From Felis catus (lineage: Eukaryota), in NCBI RefSeq assembly GCF_018350175.1, contig NC_058368.1:227046001-227110000 (forward strand): a stretch of DNA of 64,000 nucleotides, read 5' to 3'. Position 1 is the stretch's first letter; each line of letters opens with the position of its first letter. A program made the translations under genes and the position numbers. The notes under the pieces were generated by a model, which was given only the letters and a program-made list of their open reading frames with translations, searched no databases and was not told the origin of the DNA. Shown here piece after piece: positions 33,785 to 45,289 of this stretch.

Positions 33785-35035
33785 CCGAACTGCTCTCCAT
33801 CTGAGAAACAGCTTCTGACTTCTTACTGTGCTTGGGCAAAGACTGAAAGCCTAACCATGGGACATCAGAGGACCATGTAACCTGAGTTTCCCGTGGTGAG
33901 CCAAGACTTGCCTTATGATGGGGCGTGCACGGAAGTAATCTATCGTCAAACGGGAATGATGTTATGATAGCAATGTAATGTGTCAACTGGACTAGGCTGA
34001 ACCTCATTCCCAGAATTCCCTTACTTGTATGTTTCTGGTTATGGTGAGTCACAGGGGAGATTCTTGAGACCTCTGAAAGACTGCAGAGAAGCAGCAGCTT
34101 TTTGTAATATATATACATTGTTACTGATCTCTTGATTCACCATCCGGGTCTAAAGATACCCCTATCTAGTACTGTAAGCTCCTTCGGCTTTTCTGAGTTC
34201 AGGGCCAGGCACGCGTATGTGTTTTACCTCCAAGATAAAAGGTCATCAAAGCCGGGTCTCAGTTTGTCCTCATGGGGTTCCAGCTCAGGCTCACCAGGGT
34301 TCAGTCTGCTCATGATATTCCATTCCCGTCTGCCTGCTCTGTGGATTTGCAAGGACAACAGCCTTCCAGAGAATGCTCCCCCTTGCATTAGCATAATAAA
34401 CTCCTACTGGTTCTTAACCGGTTGGGTGCTGATTGATACAGCTTTTTAAGACACCAAGCTCAAGCAAATCCAGGAGGAACAAATACATGACTTCTGGATC
34501 GTGAGCAGGTGGCTCAGACTTCTTCAACACCCACTGCCCGCGGAATTGCCTCCTGTCCCTCAATCCACACCAGTGGCCTCCTAAGATGTTCCTTATGCCC
34601 AACGGACTAAAGAAGAAAAACTTCCATGTGATATGCTGGCACCACCAGGGAAAGAGAAGCTACCGCACCACAGCCCCACTCAGGGCTGACCCCGGAGGAC
34701 AAAGCGAAGGACAATCCTCCACTGGGCAGGCATTTGAACAGTGCACACCCACGGTGGCTGAGGCGAGAGATGGCCAGAAGTGTGGCTCTGCATTGCTTCA
34801 CGGGCCATTTCTCGTGGGTTGGCTGGATGGTCAAGGACCTGGGGTTCGGCAGGGACTTCCACGTTGGGAGGGCTGCTGGCGAGGAAATCCGGGATAAGGT
34901 ATGCGTACCGAACTCTCAGAGCGTGAGATAGCTGTGTCTCGTGTAAATACCCACCAAAGGGCAGCCACTGCCGGGGAAACGCTTCATATCAGGTGGAAAA
35001 AATGACTTGTGCTGCGGACGTCAGTCACCTCCCTC
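33785..35035 (+). mobile_element. Decayed ERVL internal pol (connection / RNase H region), interrupted by an LTR
   Basis: SPSEKQLLTSYCAWAKTESLTMGHQRTM*PEFP; VPYAQRTKEEK; YAGTT; GLAGWSRTW; VSRVNTHQR; QVEKMT, all colinear with ERVL pol. Confidence 0.88.
33960..34440 (+). mobile_element. ERVL solo LTR (MER74-like)
   Basis: ATGTGTCAACTGGACTAGGCTGAAC...TCCCAGAATTCCCTT start, AATAAA, ends CTGATTGATACA. Confidence 0.8.
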
Positions 35036-35044
35036 AGACTCACA

Positions 35045-35690
35045 GTCTGGATGTCCACACGTCATCTTCTCAGCTTTATCCCATTATCCTCTGCTCCCTT
35101 GTCCTGAGTTATTCCCTTTCCCCCTTAGTCTTTCTCGTGCTCGATACACACATATTTACTTCTCTCTACTCACACTGCCCTATCCGGGTCACCGTCAAAT
35201 CCCACCTGGACACGGCAATCACTTCTAACGGACCTGACATTTTTTTTCCTCCCCCTTACTGTCCACACTACCACCAAAGCGACCTCCCTTGAACAAAAGT
35301 TGAATTTGTCGCTCCTCTTTTTAAAGTCTCCTGCAGCTCCCCTTTGCCCTTCATGTAAAACCTTCAAATGCCCTTTGTGATACATCCCCCATCGGCTCCC
35401 CCCCCCCCCAGCTTGGAACACCTCTAGGCTCCAGGCATACCAAACTTCCTTCCGTCCCTCAAACTGCACCACACTCCACCCTGGAGGCCTTGCTGTGCAT
35501 CGCCCCACCGCCTGGAACATTCGCCCCACCTAACCTCTTTCTCCAGTCGCTTCCGTTTGTCCCCCAGTCCCAGGATAAATGTCGCTTCTTCCGGAAGGCC
35601 TTGCCTCAGCCTTCCCCCTTTGTGATGGCCCCACGGCCTCTTCTCTTCTTCATATGACAACTATCACTATGCCTTTCTTACACGTACCCA
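35045..35690 (+). mobile_element. L2 fragment
   Basis: CTGGATGTCCACACGTCATCT...CCACCTGGACACGGCAAT...CCTGGAACATTC...AAATGTCGCTTCTTCCGGAAGGCCTT. Confidence 0.7.
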
Positions 35691-35714
35691 TTTCATCGTT
35701 TATTGGGGAATAGC

Positions 35715-35920
35715 GAAGCATGGAGTTTTAAGAGCATGGTTGTGAGTCGGCCTGCCTGCATGTGAATCCCAGCCCTGCCTCTTACCAGCTCTCTGGCTTC
35801 AGGTAAATTCCGCCAGTAGTGGTGTTCAGCTGGCGTGAGGATGAAGTGAGTTAATGACACACGTGAAGCCCTTATAACAGCGCCAGGCAGAGCAAGGAGC
35901 ACTTGCCGCACGAATAGATA
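35715..35920 (+). mobile_element. MIR
   Basis: GTTTAAGAGCATGG...TGAATCCCAGCCCTGCCTCTTACCAGCT...GTGAGGATGAAGTGAGTTAAT. Confidence 0.75.
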
Positions 35921-36724
35921 AATGAGTGTCTTCCAAAAGTCACAAAGCGAGTCAGTGTGGACGGAAGCTGAGCCGGGAGACCGAGCCTCCTGTCTTCTCT
36001 CGTGTTGCCTTCCCTACAATCGTGCTTCTCAGGCTAACACGAGCTCACCCCCAGGAAAGCACGTTGATAGGCTCAGATACCCCCCGAGCCCCAACACAAA
36101 CAGGGTTCACCTTCCCTGAGCGTTAATTTTTTTCAACGACGAGCAATTTAAAAGGTTGTTTCTTCCCTGGGAAAGAAAACATAACGCTCGCCTGAATTTG
36201 TAAAGTAACATAAGACCGGAAATGAAATGTCCAGCTTCTGTGTTCGCCTCACCCCATCCGCCATTCCATCGTTGCCCTTCGTCAACGAGCAAGGCCGCCA
36301 CACACAACCGGAGACGACACTGGCCGCCAGCCTGTTGCTGGTGCCGTTGCCTGCGGTCACGAGCAGCACAACATAATTACCTTCCAAGCCCTTGACAGCA
36401 CTGGGTAGCACCATAGGTATTGTTTTGATTGGAATCTGGTCCACACGTATGTGAGGATCACTTGGGCTCCCAAACTGGAAAACGCATTTCCTTCTGCATT
36501 ATTTTGGGTTACAGATTCTTTTAAAGACTATCTTGCAGCAAAAGGATAAGCTGTTGAGCAAGTATATGTCGCTGCTTAACGTTAATTTCAGGCCACCTGG
36601 TAACAAATAGTAAGCCCGTCATCAGCGGCTACACACAGTCGGCGTCATCCATTTCCACGTGCGGTCACGGCGGTGGCTGCTGGAGGAGGTGAGCAGAGGA
36701 GAGAAGAAAATTGTCCTAAGAGAG

Positions 36725-36931
36725 CAGGTTTCTCACGGCACCACGGCTGACCTCTGGGGTGAGAACTTCATTGCGGGGGCTTCTGTGCGTGGTGATGTTT
36801 CGCAGCATCCCTGGCCTCTACCCACTAAATGCCAGCAGTACCTCCCCCCTCTAGTGTGACAACCGAAAGGGTCTCCAGACCTGGCCAAATGTCCCTTGGG
36901 GGACACAATCACCCCCAGTTAAGAAGCACTG
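36725..36931. mobile_element. MER20 hAT-Charlie DNA transposon
   Basis: GCAGCATCCCTGGCCTCTACCCACTAAATGCCAG core; TIRs CAGGTTTCTCA / TTAAGAAGCACTG; 8-bp TSD TAAGAGAG/TAGTAGAG. Confidence 0.88.
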
Positions 36932-37033
36932 TAGTAGAGCCAACAGAGCCCAGATGACGAGACACGATGTCTTTTCAAAGCAGCCAGCATTCTATTTTGA
37001 GCCTTCTGTGGCTTCAAAAAGAAACTAAATTCT

Positions 37034-37240
37034 GGGACACCTGGTTGAGCGTCCGACTGCGGCTCAGGTCGTGATCTCACGGTTCGCGGGTTCGAGCCCC
37101 GCGTCAGGCTCTGTGCTGACCGCTGGGAGCCTGGAGCCCGCTTTGGATTCTGTCTCTCTCTTTCTCTCTCTCTTTCTCTCTCTCTGTCCCTTCCCCGCTC
37201 ACGCTCTGTCTCTCTCTCTCAGTAACAAACATTAAAAACC
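37034..37240 (+). mobile_element. Can-SINE with a deletion in the A-box region
   Basis: GGGACACCTGG joined directly to TTGAGCGTCCGAC; remainder canonical. Confidence 0.95.
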
Positions 37241-38499
37241 TTGTTTTTTAATCAATTAATTAATTCTGCTGTAGACTAATTGCCAGCAACAAAATGCAAA
37301 CCGTCCTCCGTGTTACAAGAGTGGTTTTCAACGTCAATAAAGACAAGGTGTGACAAAACCTGCTCTTCCTGGAGCCTCTCACTAGTCTTGGATGGGGATC
37401 TAAATTCCATTCCTTTTGAAAGAAGTCACTTGGAAGGGTCGCTTACTTTTTCTTCCCCACATGCCAGAAATCGTAGATAAGGCCTTTTTCATACTATTAC
37501 TTTCAAAAGGCCTCAAGGAGCAGTATGATCTTCCGTCTTTCCTGAGCTGAGAGTCACTTTCTTGGCTTCTGTAGTATTGGCCAGGAGTGCTAACCTGCCG
37601 GGCATCTCAGCAGTGTCTACAACTGCTCTTTGGAGGGACCAGAGTTGACCTTCGGGGACACCGATCATTCACCTGAACTTCAAGGGCTGACCTTATTTCA
37701 TACGGATCCCATGAGGTCACATCAATAGCTTCCTCATTTAATTCCAGCTGAATATGTTGTTAACAATATTTGTGAGCCCAAACTGAAATCTGGTTGTGAG
37801 AAGAGCTGTCAAAGACGTTCTGTCTGTTCCACCGACATCGCTTTCCCTAAGGAGATCGGCATTTTTTTTTTCTTCATCGCCAAGAATCCATGCAGCTCTG
37901 GTGGGGCCCACCTGGTCCCCAGGCTCGTCTATATTCTGTTTCTATGTTTAGGTTTTGCTTCAAACCTGAGGAACTCAACCTCCCCTCAGGGAAAGGAAAG
38001 AATCTGCCTTATGGGTGTGAAAGGAGGGATAGAGGGATAATATATGACAGAAGCAGTGTCAGAGCCTTGCTCTACAATATGGGACCTTCCTGTGCCTCTC
38101 TGTCTCATCCGCCTTGCCTTTTCCCACAAAACTGTTTTGTACTTAGCAATCCAGAGAATAAAACAACAATATGTGTGTTAGGTATTTTTTTCAAGAAGAT
38201 CCTTTTTTAAAGAAAAAACTGCTGAGCTTACTTTATTAACTTCCTCTGAAGATGACTCCGGTGCTACGTCTTTTTTTTCCCCCTTCCGTAAAACTTCCAT
38301 CATGTTACTTTTTATTTCACACCCTTTTTCTCTATCACAGTCCGATGTTGGGAAGCTGGCCTCGCTCTGAGCCCCTGTTTTATGGAAGGGGCAACTATTA
38401 AAAAGCCTCCATTCATGGCATGATTCTGACTAGGTCTCAGCTCTCCAACTCATTCTCCCGGGGCCCTCATCACTCGATTCACGCATCCCTCTGTCACTC

Positions 38500-38541
38500 C
38501 CAATGTTGCTGTGACGTCATCACGAACCATGGCATGTGGTT
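38500..38541. promoter_or_regulatory. Motif cluster CCAAT / full CRE / RUNX
   Basis: CCAAT 38500-38504, TGACGTCA 38512-38519, TGTGGTT 38535-38541 in non-repeat DNA. Confidence 0.35.
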
Positions 38542-39929
38542 TCTGAGCGGCACCATTTTCAAACTGAAGAACACGCATTCGAGACAAGAATGCAAAGATT
38601 ATCCTTTGACAAAGCTAACGAAAGTTTATCACGGTAAACCTTTTGCTGAAAGAAATACGTTAGTGATGTTCACGAGATAAAGACTCAAAATACAAATTGC
38701 TTTGTCCACCATCCAATAAGTTGAATACCTACATGGCTCTTCAGTTAAAACATGTGATCACAAAAGGGGAAGGGGGGGGCATCGAAATGTAATTTTTCCG
38801 TGAAAGTCTTATAAAATCTATTTTGGGAAAATCGGTCTTCAGTGGAAGATTATGTGAAAGCCCAGAACAAAAAAGTAGGTTAAAACTGTCCTAATTTATA
38901 GCCCACCGGATGACTCTGGCTTTTGTGAGGGAGTTTATTGGTGCATTAGGAACAGCAGAGATATAAATGTGAGCTTGCCATCAGCAGAGAACTGAAAAGT
39001 AGAAAATTAAGCAACATCTCAAAGGGGTTGGCATTCTTTCTGAGCAGGAATATTGGCTATTTGAGTCATTCTGACAGCAGGCAAATAGCAGGTAAAGATC
39101 TAAGTCGCTTTCTCCCTTCAACTCCACTGCACAGGTACAATGATTCCGGAAGCCCAGGAAGAAAGATTCTCAAAATATCACATTGTCTTTCCAGTAAGTG
39201 GAAGAAAAGATGCATTTATATTTTTATTGTTATCTTTGCTCTCTCCAGAGGTTGGAAACTCACAACAGAGCCATAAATACTCAACACGCTGGGCGTCTCA
39301 GATGTTCGGTACAGGAAGGGATCAAACACAAGGCTCTGGCCGCAAAATTGGGCAAGTTACTGGGCCACGACATCATTTGTCGCAAACTTAATGTCACCAG
39401 AAATCGCAATCATTTCCTCTCGCGTTCCACTCTCAGAGTCCTGACCTAAGAATGGGTGAGTGAGGAGATGCTGAACTAAACCCTGATAAAAATGATTGTC
39501 AAAAGGCCAAGTCAAAAAAGGTCAAGGGAGAAGTCGGGAAAAGAATGCATGGATTTTTGAAAACCTACAGGAGTGACTTAGAAAACACAAACCAGATGAC
39601 TCAGCAACATGGTTTAGAAAGCACATACAAAACCCCTGCTAAAAACCAAAGCTGGATGCCAATGAAAGAGTAAAAAATAAAAATGATAAAAAATAATTAA
39701 AAAAAAAAGATAGATCGTGTCATAATGGCTGCTAGATATATTTCATTTCCTGCTTGTCTTACAGAATGAACTAGGGTTCCGGTGCCTATGAGGGTCTAGC
39801 CTCTCCAGCCAGTATCGCCCACGCCCAAAGAACCATGACGTTAAACAGAAAAATTTAAACACCGTGAAAAGCGGAGAGAGAACCCACAGAAGACGGGCGA
39901 AGTTCTATATTTGAGGGGCTTTAGTGGCG

Positions 39930-40007
39930 CTTTTCTCCTGCTTTTTGAAAATGGGGCCCCACATTTTCATTTTGAACTGAGCCCTGCAATCTAGGTAGCC
40001 AGCCTTG
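39930..40007 (-). mobile_element. MER45-like hAT-Tip100 terminus
   Basis: GGGGCCCCACATTTTCATTTTGAACTGAGCCCTGCAATCTAGGTAGCCAGCCTTG. Confidence 0.7.
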
Positions 40008-40229
40008 CCTAGAACGTTCGAAGGTTGAAGCTACCCCCCCCCCACCCCCACCCCAGACAGTGAACAGAGTCCAAGGAATTTGTGGGAAATGAAAGTTCAT
40101 TCAGAAAGCTGGAAAGGACCACACGGTAGCGTCATTGCTCTCCCGGAGACTGAACCCTGAAACATACCGATGAAGACAAAATTCTGACCGTGCCATACAA
40201 TGGACAGAAAACAAACCGCCAAGACCCGG

Positions 40230-40375
40230 ATAAGATCCTGATAGTATTTTTTTGAGGAATCCTCCAAAGGATATCTACTTTAGACTCTTAAGTCTCTCAA
40301 ACCAATAAATTCTCTTTGCCACTTAAACAAATTTGGGTTGGATTCCTGGGACTTTCAAGTGGAAGAGTCCGGAGA
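40230..40375 (+). mobile_element. MaLR LTR 3' fragment (MLT1J/K-like)
   Basis: CCAATAAATTCTCTTT...CTTAAACAAATTTGGGTTGGATT...GAAGAGTCC. Confidence 0.55.
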
Positions 40376-40583
40376 TGTACACAGTTCTGGGACTGCTGAT
40401 CGCAGGTCACTGCTCTGTCATTCCCATCAGCCTCCAGCATGAGGCTTCGTAAAGGAGGTGCCCATTACGCCAGATAAGGCTGATACCTGGATTCACTTCC
40501 TGTGTTGATCAGAGGCCATAGTCAAAGAAAAAATTTAGTTCATGGGGGAGTTTGTTTCAACGTCTCCAGAAAATAGATATTTA

Positions 40584-41097
40584 GAGTTAAGATGGCGGAG
40601 GAGTAAGGAGACCTTGACCTTGTCTCCTCCCTCGAACACAGTTAGAGAGTTATCAGATCATTCTGAATACCGAAGAAATCAATCGGAGGTCTGAGAGAAC
40701 AAAAACTGCAAGTCTACAAGTCAGACAGTGACCACCTTCTGGAAGATTCTTTTAACAAGCAGACCAAAACCCACCCAGGAGCTAGGTTGGGGTTTTGGTT
40801 TTTGTTTTTTGTCTTGTTTTTTTTTGTTGGGGGGGGGTTGTTTTGTTTTCTTGGGTTTTTTTTTTCTTTCTTCTTTTCTTTCCTGGACAAAATGACAAGA
40901 CAGAGAAGCTCACCTCAAAAGAAAGAACAGGAAGTAGAACTTATGGCCGGGAATTTAATCAATACAGATATAAGTAAGATGTCTGAACTAGAATTTGAAA
41001 CAATGATTATAAGGATACTAGCCAGGCTTGAAAAAGCATAGAAGATACCAGAGAATCCCTCTCTGCAGAGATAGAAGAACTAAAATCTGCTCAGGCC
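40584..41097 (+). mobile_element. Carnivore L1 5' end: shortened 5'UTR plus ORF1 start
   Basis: YY1 site AAGATGGCG 40589-40597; ATG at 40892 reads MTRQRSSPQKKEQEVELMAGNLINTDISKMSELEFETMIIRILARLEK, then a frameshift. Confidence 0.9.
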
Positions 41098-41143
41098 CAA
41101 GTCCCCACAGAATAATAAAAATAGGCACAATAAGAGGCCAGGG

Positions 41144-41364
41144 TTTTTTTTAGTTTTTTTTAAAGTTTATTTATTTTGAGAGAGAGAGACAGACAGCGTG
41201 AGCAGGGGAGGGGCCAAGAGAGAGAGGGAGACACAGAATCCAAAGCAGGCTCCAGGCTCTGAGCTGTCAGCACAGAGCCCGACATGAGGCTGGAACTCTG
41301 AACCGTGAGATCGTGACCTGAGCCAAAGGCTGACCCTTAACCGACTAAGCCACCCAGGTGCCCC
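41144..41364 (-). mobile_element. Can-SINE
   Basis: Canonical body; flanks GGCCAGGGTTTT / GGCCAGTTTT. Confidence 0.95.
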
Positions 41365-41799
41365 AACTGGCCAGTTTTGATGGGACGATAATACTAAACA
41401 ATTGATTAATTGGAAATTAAAAGAGAGAAGGAGTTTCTGAACAGTGCTTTTAGTAATAACATCCATAGGAAGGGGAGATCCACTCTTTTGGAAGGGTTCC
41501 CTCTGAATTCCATAAATAATTCATGACTTCTGGCAATAGTTTCAAGGCAATTTTGGAAGGAATAGAAATTAGGGAGCTTCTCCGTCCAGAGAACAAAAAT
41601 TATGACTGCTTTGCCCGGAGGAGACAGCGAGAGGGCTTCATAGTCTGGGTTAGAGAATTCGCTTTGGGATCGAGATGGCGTACTGATATCATTGCTGAAA
41701 ATAATTCCAGAGGCAGACTCTGTTCTTATTTGATCCCAGAGCACCTTTTCACTTGACAGAGAAACATACTATTGCAACGAGTCTGGGGCGTGTTACTTA

Positions 41800-42010
41800 T
41801 GTCATGTCCGCCTTTGTGGGTACTAACACGCTGTGCTAGGGATCGCGCTAACTGCCCTCCCGTGCTTGTCCCGGGGAATCTCTCTGTCCCCAGGAGACGA
41901 CTTGCATCACTCTTTCCATTTCACAGACATTGAGACTCAGAGAAGTTAGATATCGCAGGGAAAGCTGGCGAGTCCAGGACTCATCCAGGTGTGTCTGCCC
42001 ATAGTGTGAA
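41800..42010 (-). mobile_element. MIR remnant
   Basis: CCATTTCACAGACATTGAGACTCAGAGAAGTTAG. Confidence 0.55.
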
Positions 42011-42338
42011 TTTTGTGTCACACAATTTCATGCAATTGGTCTGGGATGTTCATGGTTTCTAGAAAAGAAAAAAAAAACAACTTTAAATGAAGGGAAGGAA
42101 GCTAGACACCGCAGACAAGCCCTACCCCTAGGCTGCCAGTTTTTAAAATCATATGCCCTTTTCCTCAATTTAGATATTGGAGAATAATATTACTATTATT
42201 ATAATAGTAATAATATTCCCGTTTGCTTGACTTTGACTTCCCAAAAGACAACATCCTTGTGAGTTCAAAATAAAAATGTGTTTGATCATCCTCAGAGCAA
42301 GACGGGGTGAGGGGTAAGTTTAAAAATTACTTTATTAT

Positions 42339-42600
42339 GGGGCGCCTGGGTGGCTCAGTCAGTCGAGTGTCCAACTCTTGATTTCGGGTCAGGTCATGAA
42401 TCTCCCAGTTTGTGAGTTCAAGCCCCACATCAGACTCTGCATGGACAATGCAGGACCGGCTTGGGATTCTCTCTTCTTCTTTCTCTGTCCCTCCCCCCAC
42501 TTGCTCGTGTGTGTGTGTGTGTGTATGTGTGTGTGTGTGTGTGTGTGTGCGCGCCCTCTCTCTCTTTCTCTTTCTCAAAATAAATAAATAAATGAATATT
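42339..42600 (+). mobile_element. Can-SINE containing a (TG)n microsatellite
   Basis: Canonical head; (TG)n at 42508-42549 inside the pyrimidine tract. Confidence 0.95.
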
Positions 42601-43042
42601 TTATTTAAAAAAATTTGTTTTGGAAGAATGGTTTGAATAAAAGTCCAAACTACACATACTGTGTATAAAATTTTGCCGTGTGTACCTGGCCATTGTGTAC
42701 ACATCAATGTATCCCATGCCTCGCATATCACATTAAGAGAAACTCTGGACGTTTTACAAATGCCTGAAAACGATGTAAACAGTTCACTGGATCACAGATG
42801 AGCTGTGGCTCCAAGGATCCACTGTGTACACAAGCTTCAGACTAGTGTTCACGTAGTCTTTTCCTGGTTTCTTCTCATTAATAACCGATTTCTCGAAAGC
42901 ACTAGTAATGTTTTCATTTTTGTCCTCATTGAAAACCTTAGCTAGAAATGTCACGAAGACCTACAGTAACAAGGGGAATCTGTCACTGAAGGGGCTCTTG
43001 GCCACCCTTCCCTGCAGGAAATTAAAAAACAAAACAAAACAA

Positions 43043-43087
<45 letters not shown>
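43043..43087. repeat. (CA)n microsatellite
   Basis: Direct reading. Confidence 0.95.
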
Positions 43088-43090
<3 letters not shown>

Positions 43091-43106
43091 CCACAAAAAG
43101 CAAGCC

Positions 43107-43125
43107 TGAACACTAGAGGGCAACA
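43107..43125 (+). promoter_or_regulatory. CTCF-like motif
   Basis: TGAACACTAGAGGGCAACA matches the core CACTAGAGGGCA but lacks the first C of CC. Confidence 0.4.
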
Positions 43126-43194
43126 TTGTTCCTTAAATATATACTCAAAAGAAAAACGAGGGATGTATAAAATTCCTGAATATTGTTTCTTCCC

Positions 43195-44170
43195 TTTAAG
43201 AAGACTCTCTTTGATATATAACATTTGATGAGTTTGGAGATATGCATATACCCATGAAACCATCACCACAGTGAAGGTAATAGACATATTCACTATTTCC
43301 GAAAGATACCTCCTGCCTTCCCCTCCTTTTTTTTGTGGTAAGAATGCTCCACCTAAAGCCTACCCTCTTAACATGGTTTCTAAGGTCCGGTCCAGTATTG
43401 CCAATTCTAGGTTCTATATTGTACAGCACATCGTGGAAACTGTTCGTCTCACGTAACTGAAATGTTATACCTGTTGAACAACATATCCCCATTCCCTACA
43501 CCTTCCAACGCCCAGCAACCACCATTTTACTCTGTTTCTACAAACTGTCTCTTGCAGATACCTCTTATAACTGGAATCAAGCAGTATTTGTCCTTCCGTG
43601 ATTGGCTCATCTCGGCACAGTGTCTTCCGGGTACATCCATGCCGTCCCAACTGGCAGAATTTCTTTTTTTTTTTAAGGCTGAACATGAAATATTCCATTG
43701 TATGTATATACCACATTTTCTTTATTCATCTTTTTTTATTATTTGTTATTTTTATTTTATTTATTTATTTTGGGAGAAAGAGAGTGCACAGGCATGAGCA
43801 GGGGAGGGGCAGAGAGAGAGGAAGAGAGAGAATCCCAAGCAGGCTCTGCACGGTCAGCGCGGAGCCTGACGCAGGGCTCGAACCCACAAACCACGAGATC
43901 AGGACCTGAGACAAAATTAAGGGTCAGACGCTCAGCCGACTGAGCCATCCAGGGGCCCCTATTCATTCGTCTGTTGATGGACATTTAGGTTGTTTCCATA
44001 TCTTGGCTATTGTGAGTAATGCTGTAATAGACATGGGAGTTCAGCTATCACTTTGAGATACTGATTTTAATTCTGTGGGGCATATGCCCAGAAGTGGGAT
44101 TTCTAGATCATATGGTCATCTTGTTTTTAATTTTTTGAGGAAGCTTTGCACCATTTTCCACAGCTGCTTT
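43195..44170 (-). mobile_element. L1MA-like 3' end interrupted by a SINE
   Basis: Minus translation MWYIHTMEY; CCCAGAAGTGGGATTTCTAGATCATATGG; 3'UTR pattern. Confidence 0.9.
43731..43959 (-). mobile_element. Can-SINE in L1
   Basis: Canonical body, TSD core TATTCAT. Confidence 0.95.
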
Positions 44171-44374
44171 TTCCAGACCCATTGGGTGATCTGCCCACGT
44201 CCCTGGCGATGACCAAAGCCTCCACTTGTCTGGTACTTCCCATATCCTCTCACGTACAGAAGGACATCGTAATGTTTTTCCCTCACCAACTGTATCCATG
44301 TCTTCCTCTTTACTGTGTCGTTTGCAACATCAGCAGCTAAAGGGGGAAATAGGGTCCCTGGAGATAGTTTCGTT

Positions 44375-44900
44375 AAGTACTTTATCGAAACACAACACAG
44401 ATACAGAAAAACACACAAATCCCAAGTGCGCAGTTTGATGGTTTTTCACAAGAGGAGCACAATGAGCCCTGAGTTCAGGAGAAAGAACAGGAATTGCACA
44501 TCCGAAGCCCCGCTCGTGCCCCCTTCAAGTCACTACCCACACATGTCGACCACCATTTTGACTTGTCACTTTTTTTTCCCAGTCGATATGGGTAGAAGAG
44601 TACAACAAATGCTTTTCATGTCGGGCTTCTTTTGTCAACAGTATGTGTGAAAGACTCATCCACAGTGCAGGTGGTTACAGTGTAATTCATTCTCATTGCT
44701 GTGCACAAATTGTACACATCCTGCCAAAATTCACCACAACTGGTTTTGCCCCTTCCACCTGTAACAGTCATGTCAGTTGTTTCCAATCTAAAATACTGTA
44801 AGCAGTGTTGTGATAAACAATCTTGTATGTGCCTTTTGTGCCTCCTGTATTTCAACTGCTAGATAACTAGGACCGGAATGGCATAGGCATGTAATGTATA
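44375..44900 (-). mobile_element. Old L1 (L1ME/MC-like) 3' end
   Basis: ATACAGAAAAACACACAAATCCCAAGTGCGCAGTTTGATGGTTTTTCACAA...TTCATTCTCATTGCTGTG. Confidence 0.75.
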
Positions 44901-45026
44901 TGATTATATGTGATATTCGTATGACGGATACTAGGTGGATGAAATATCAGCATGTTTGTCTGCAAAACCAAAGGTTGCATGAGAGGGCATGTATGGAACA
45001 CAGTGCATAAGCGTCATGCATTTAAA

Positions 45027-45236
45027 TTTTTTTAACGTTTATTTATTTTTGAGACAGAGAGTGACAGAGCATGAACAGGGGAAGGTCAGAGAGAGAGGGA
45101 GGCACAGAATCTGAAACAGGCTCCCGGCTCTGAGCTGTCAGCACAGAGCCCGACGCGGGGCTCGAACTCACAGATCGCGAGATCATGACCTGAGCCGAAG
45201 TCAGACGCTTAACCAAATGAGCCACCCAGGCGCCCC
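45027..45236 (-). mobile_element. Can-SINE (feliform type)
   Basis: TSD TCATGCATTTAAA at 45014-45026 and 45242-45254. Confidence 0.97.
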
Positions 45237-45289
45237 AAGGTTCATGCATTTAAAATACCATCAATACACTTCATCTCTCAAGTGCATTT

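Noticed and set aside
41523..41756. 77-aa ORF in unique DNA
   Set aside because: No recognisable homology, splice context or promoter
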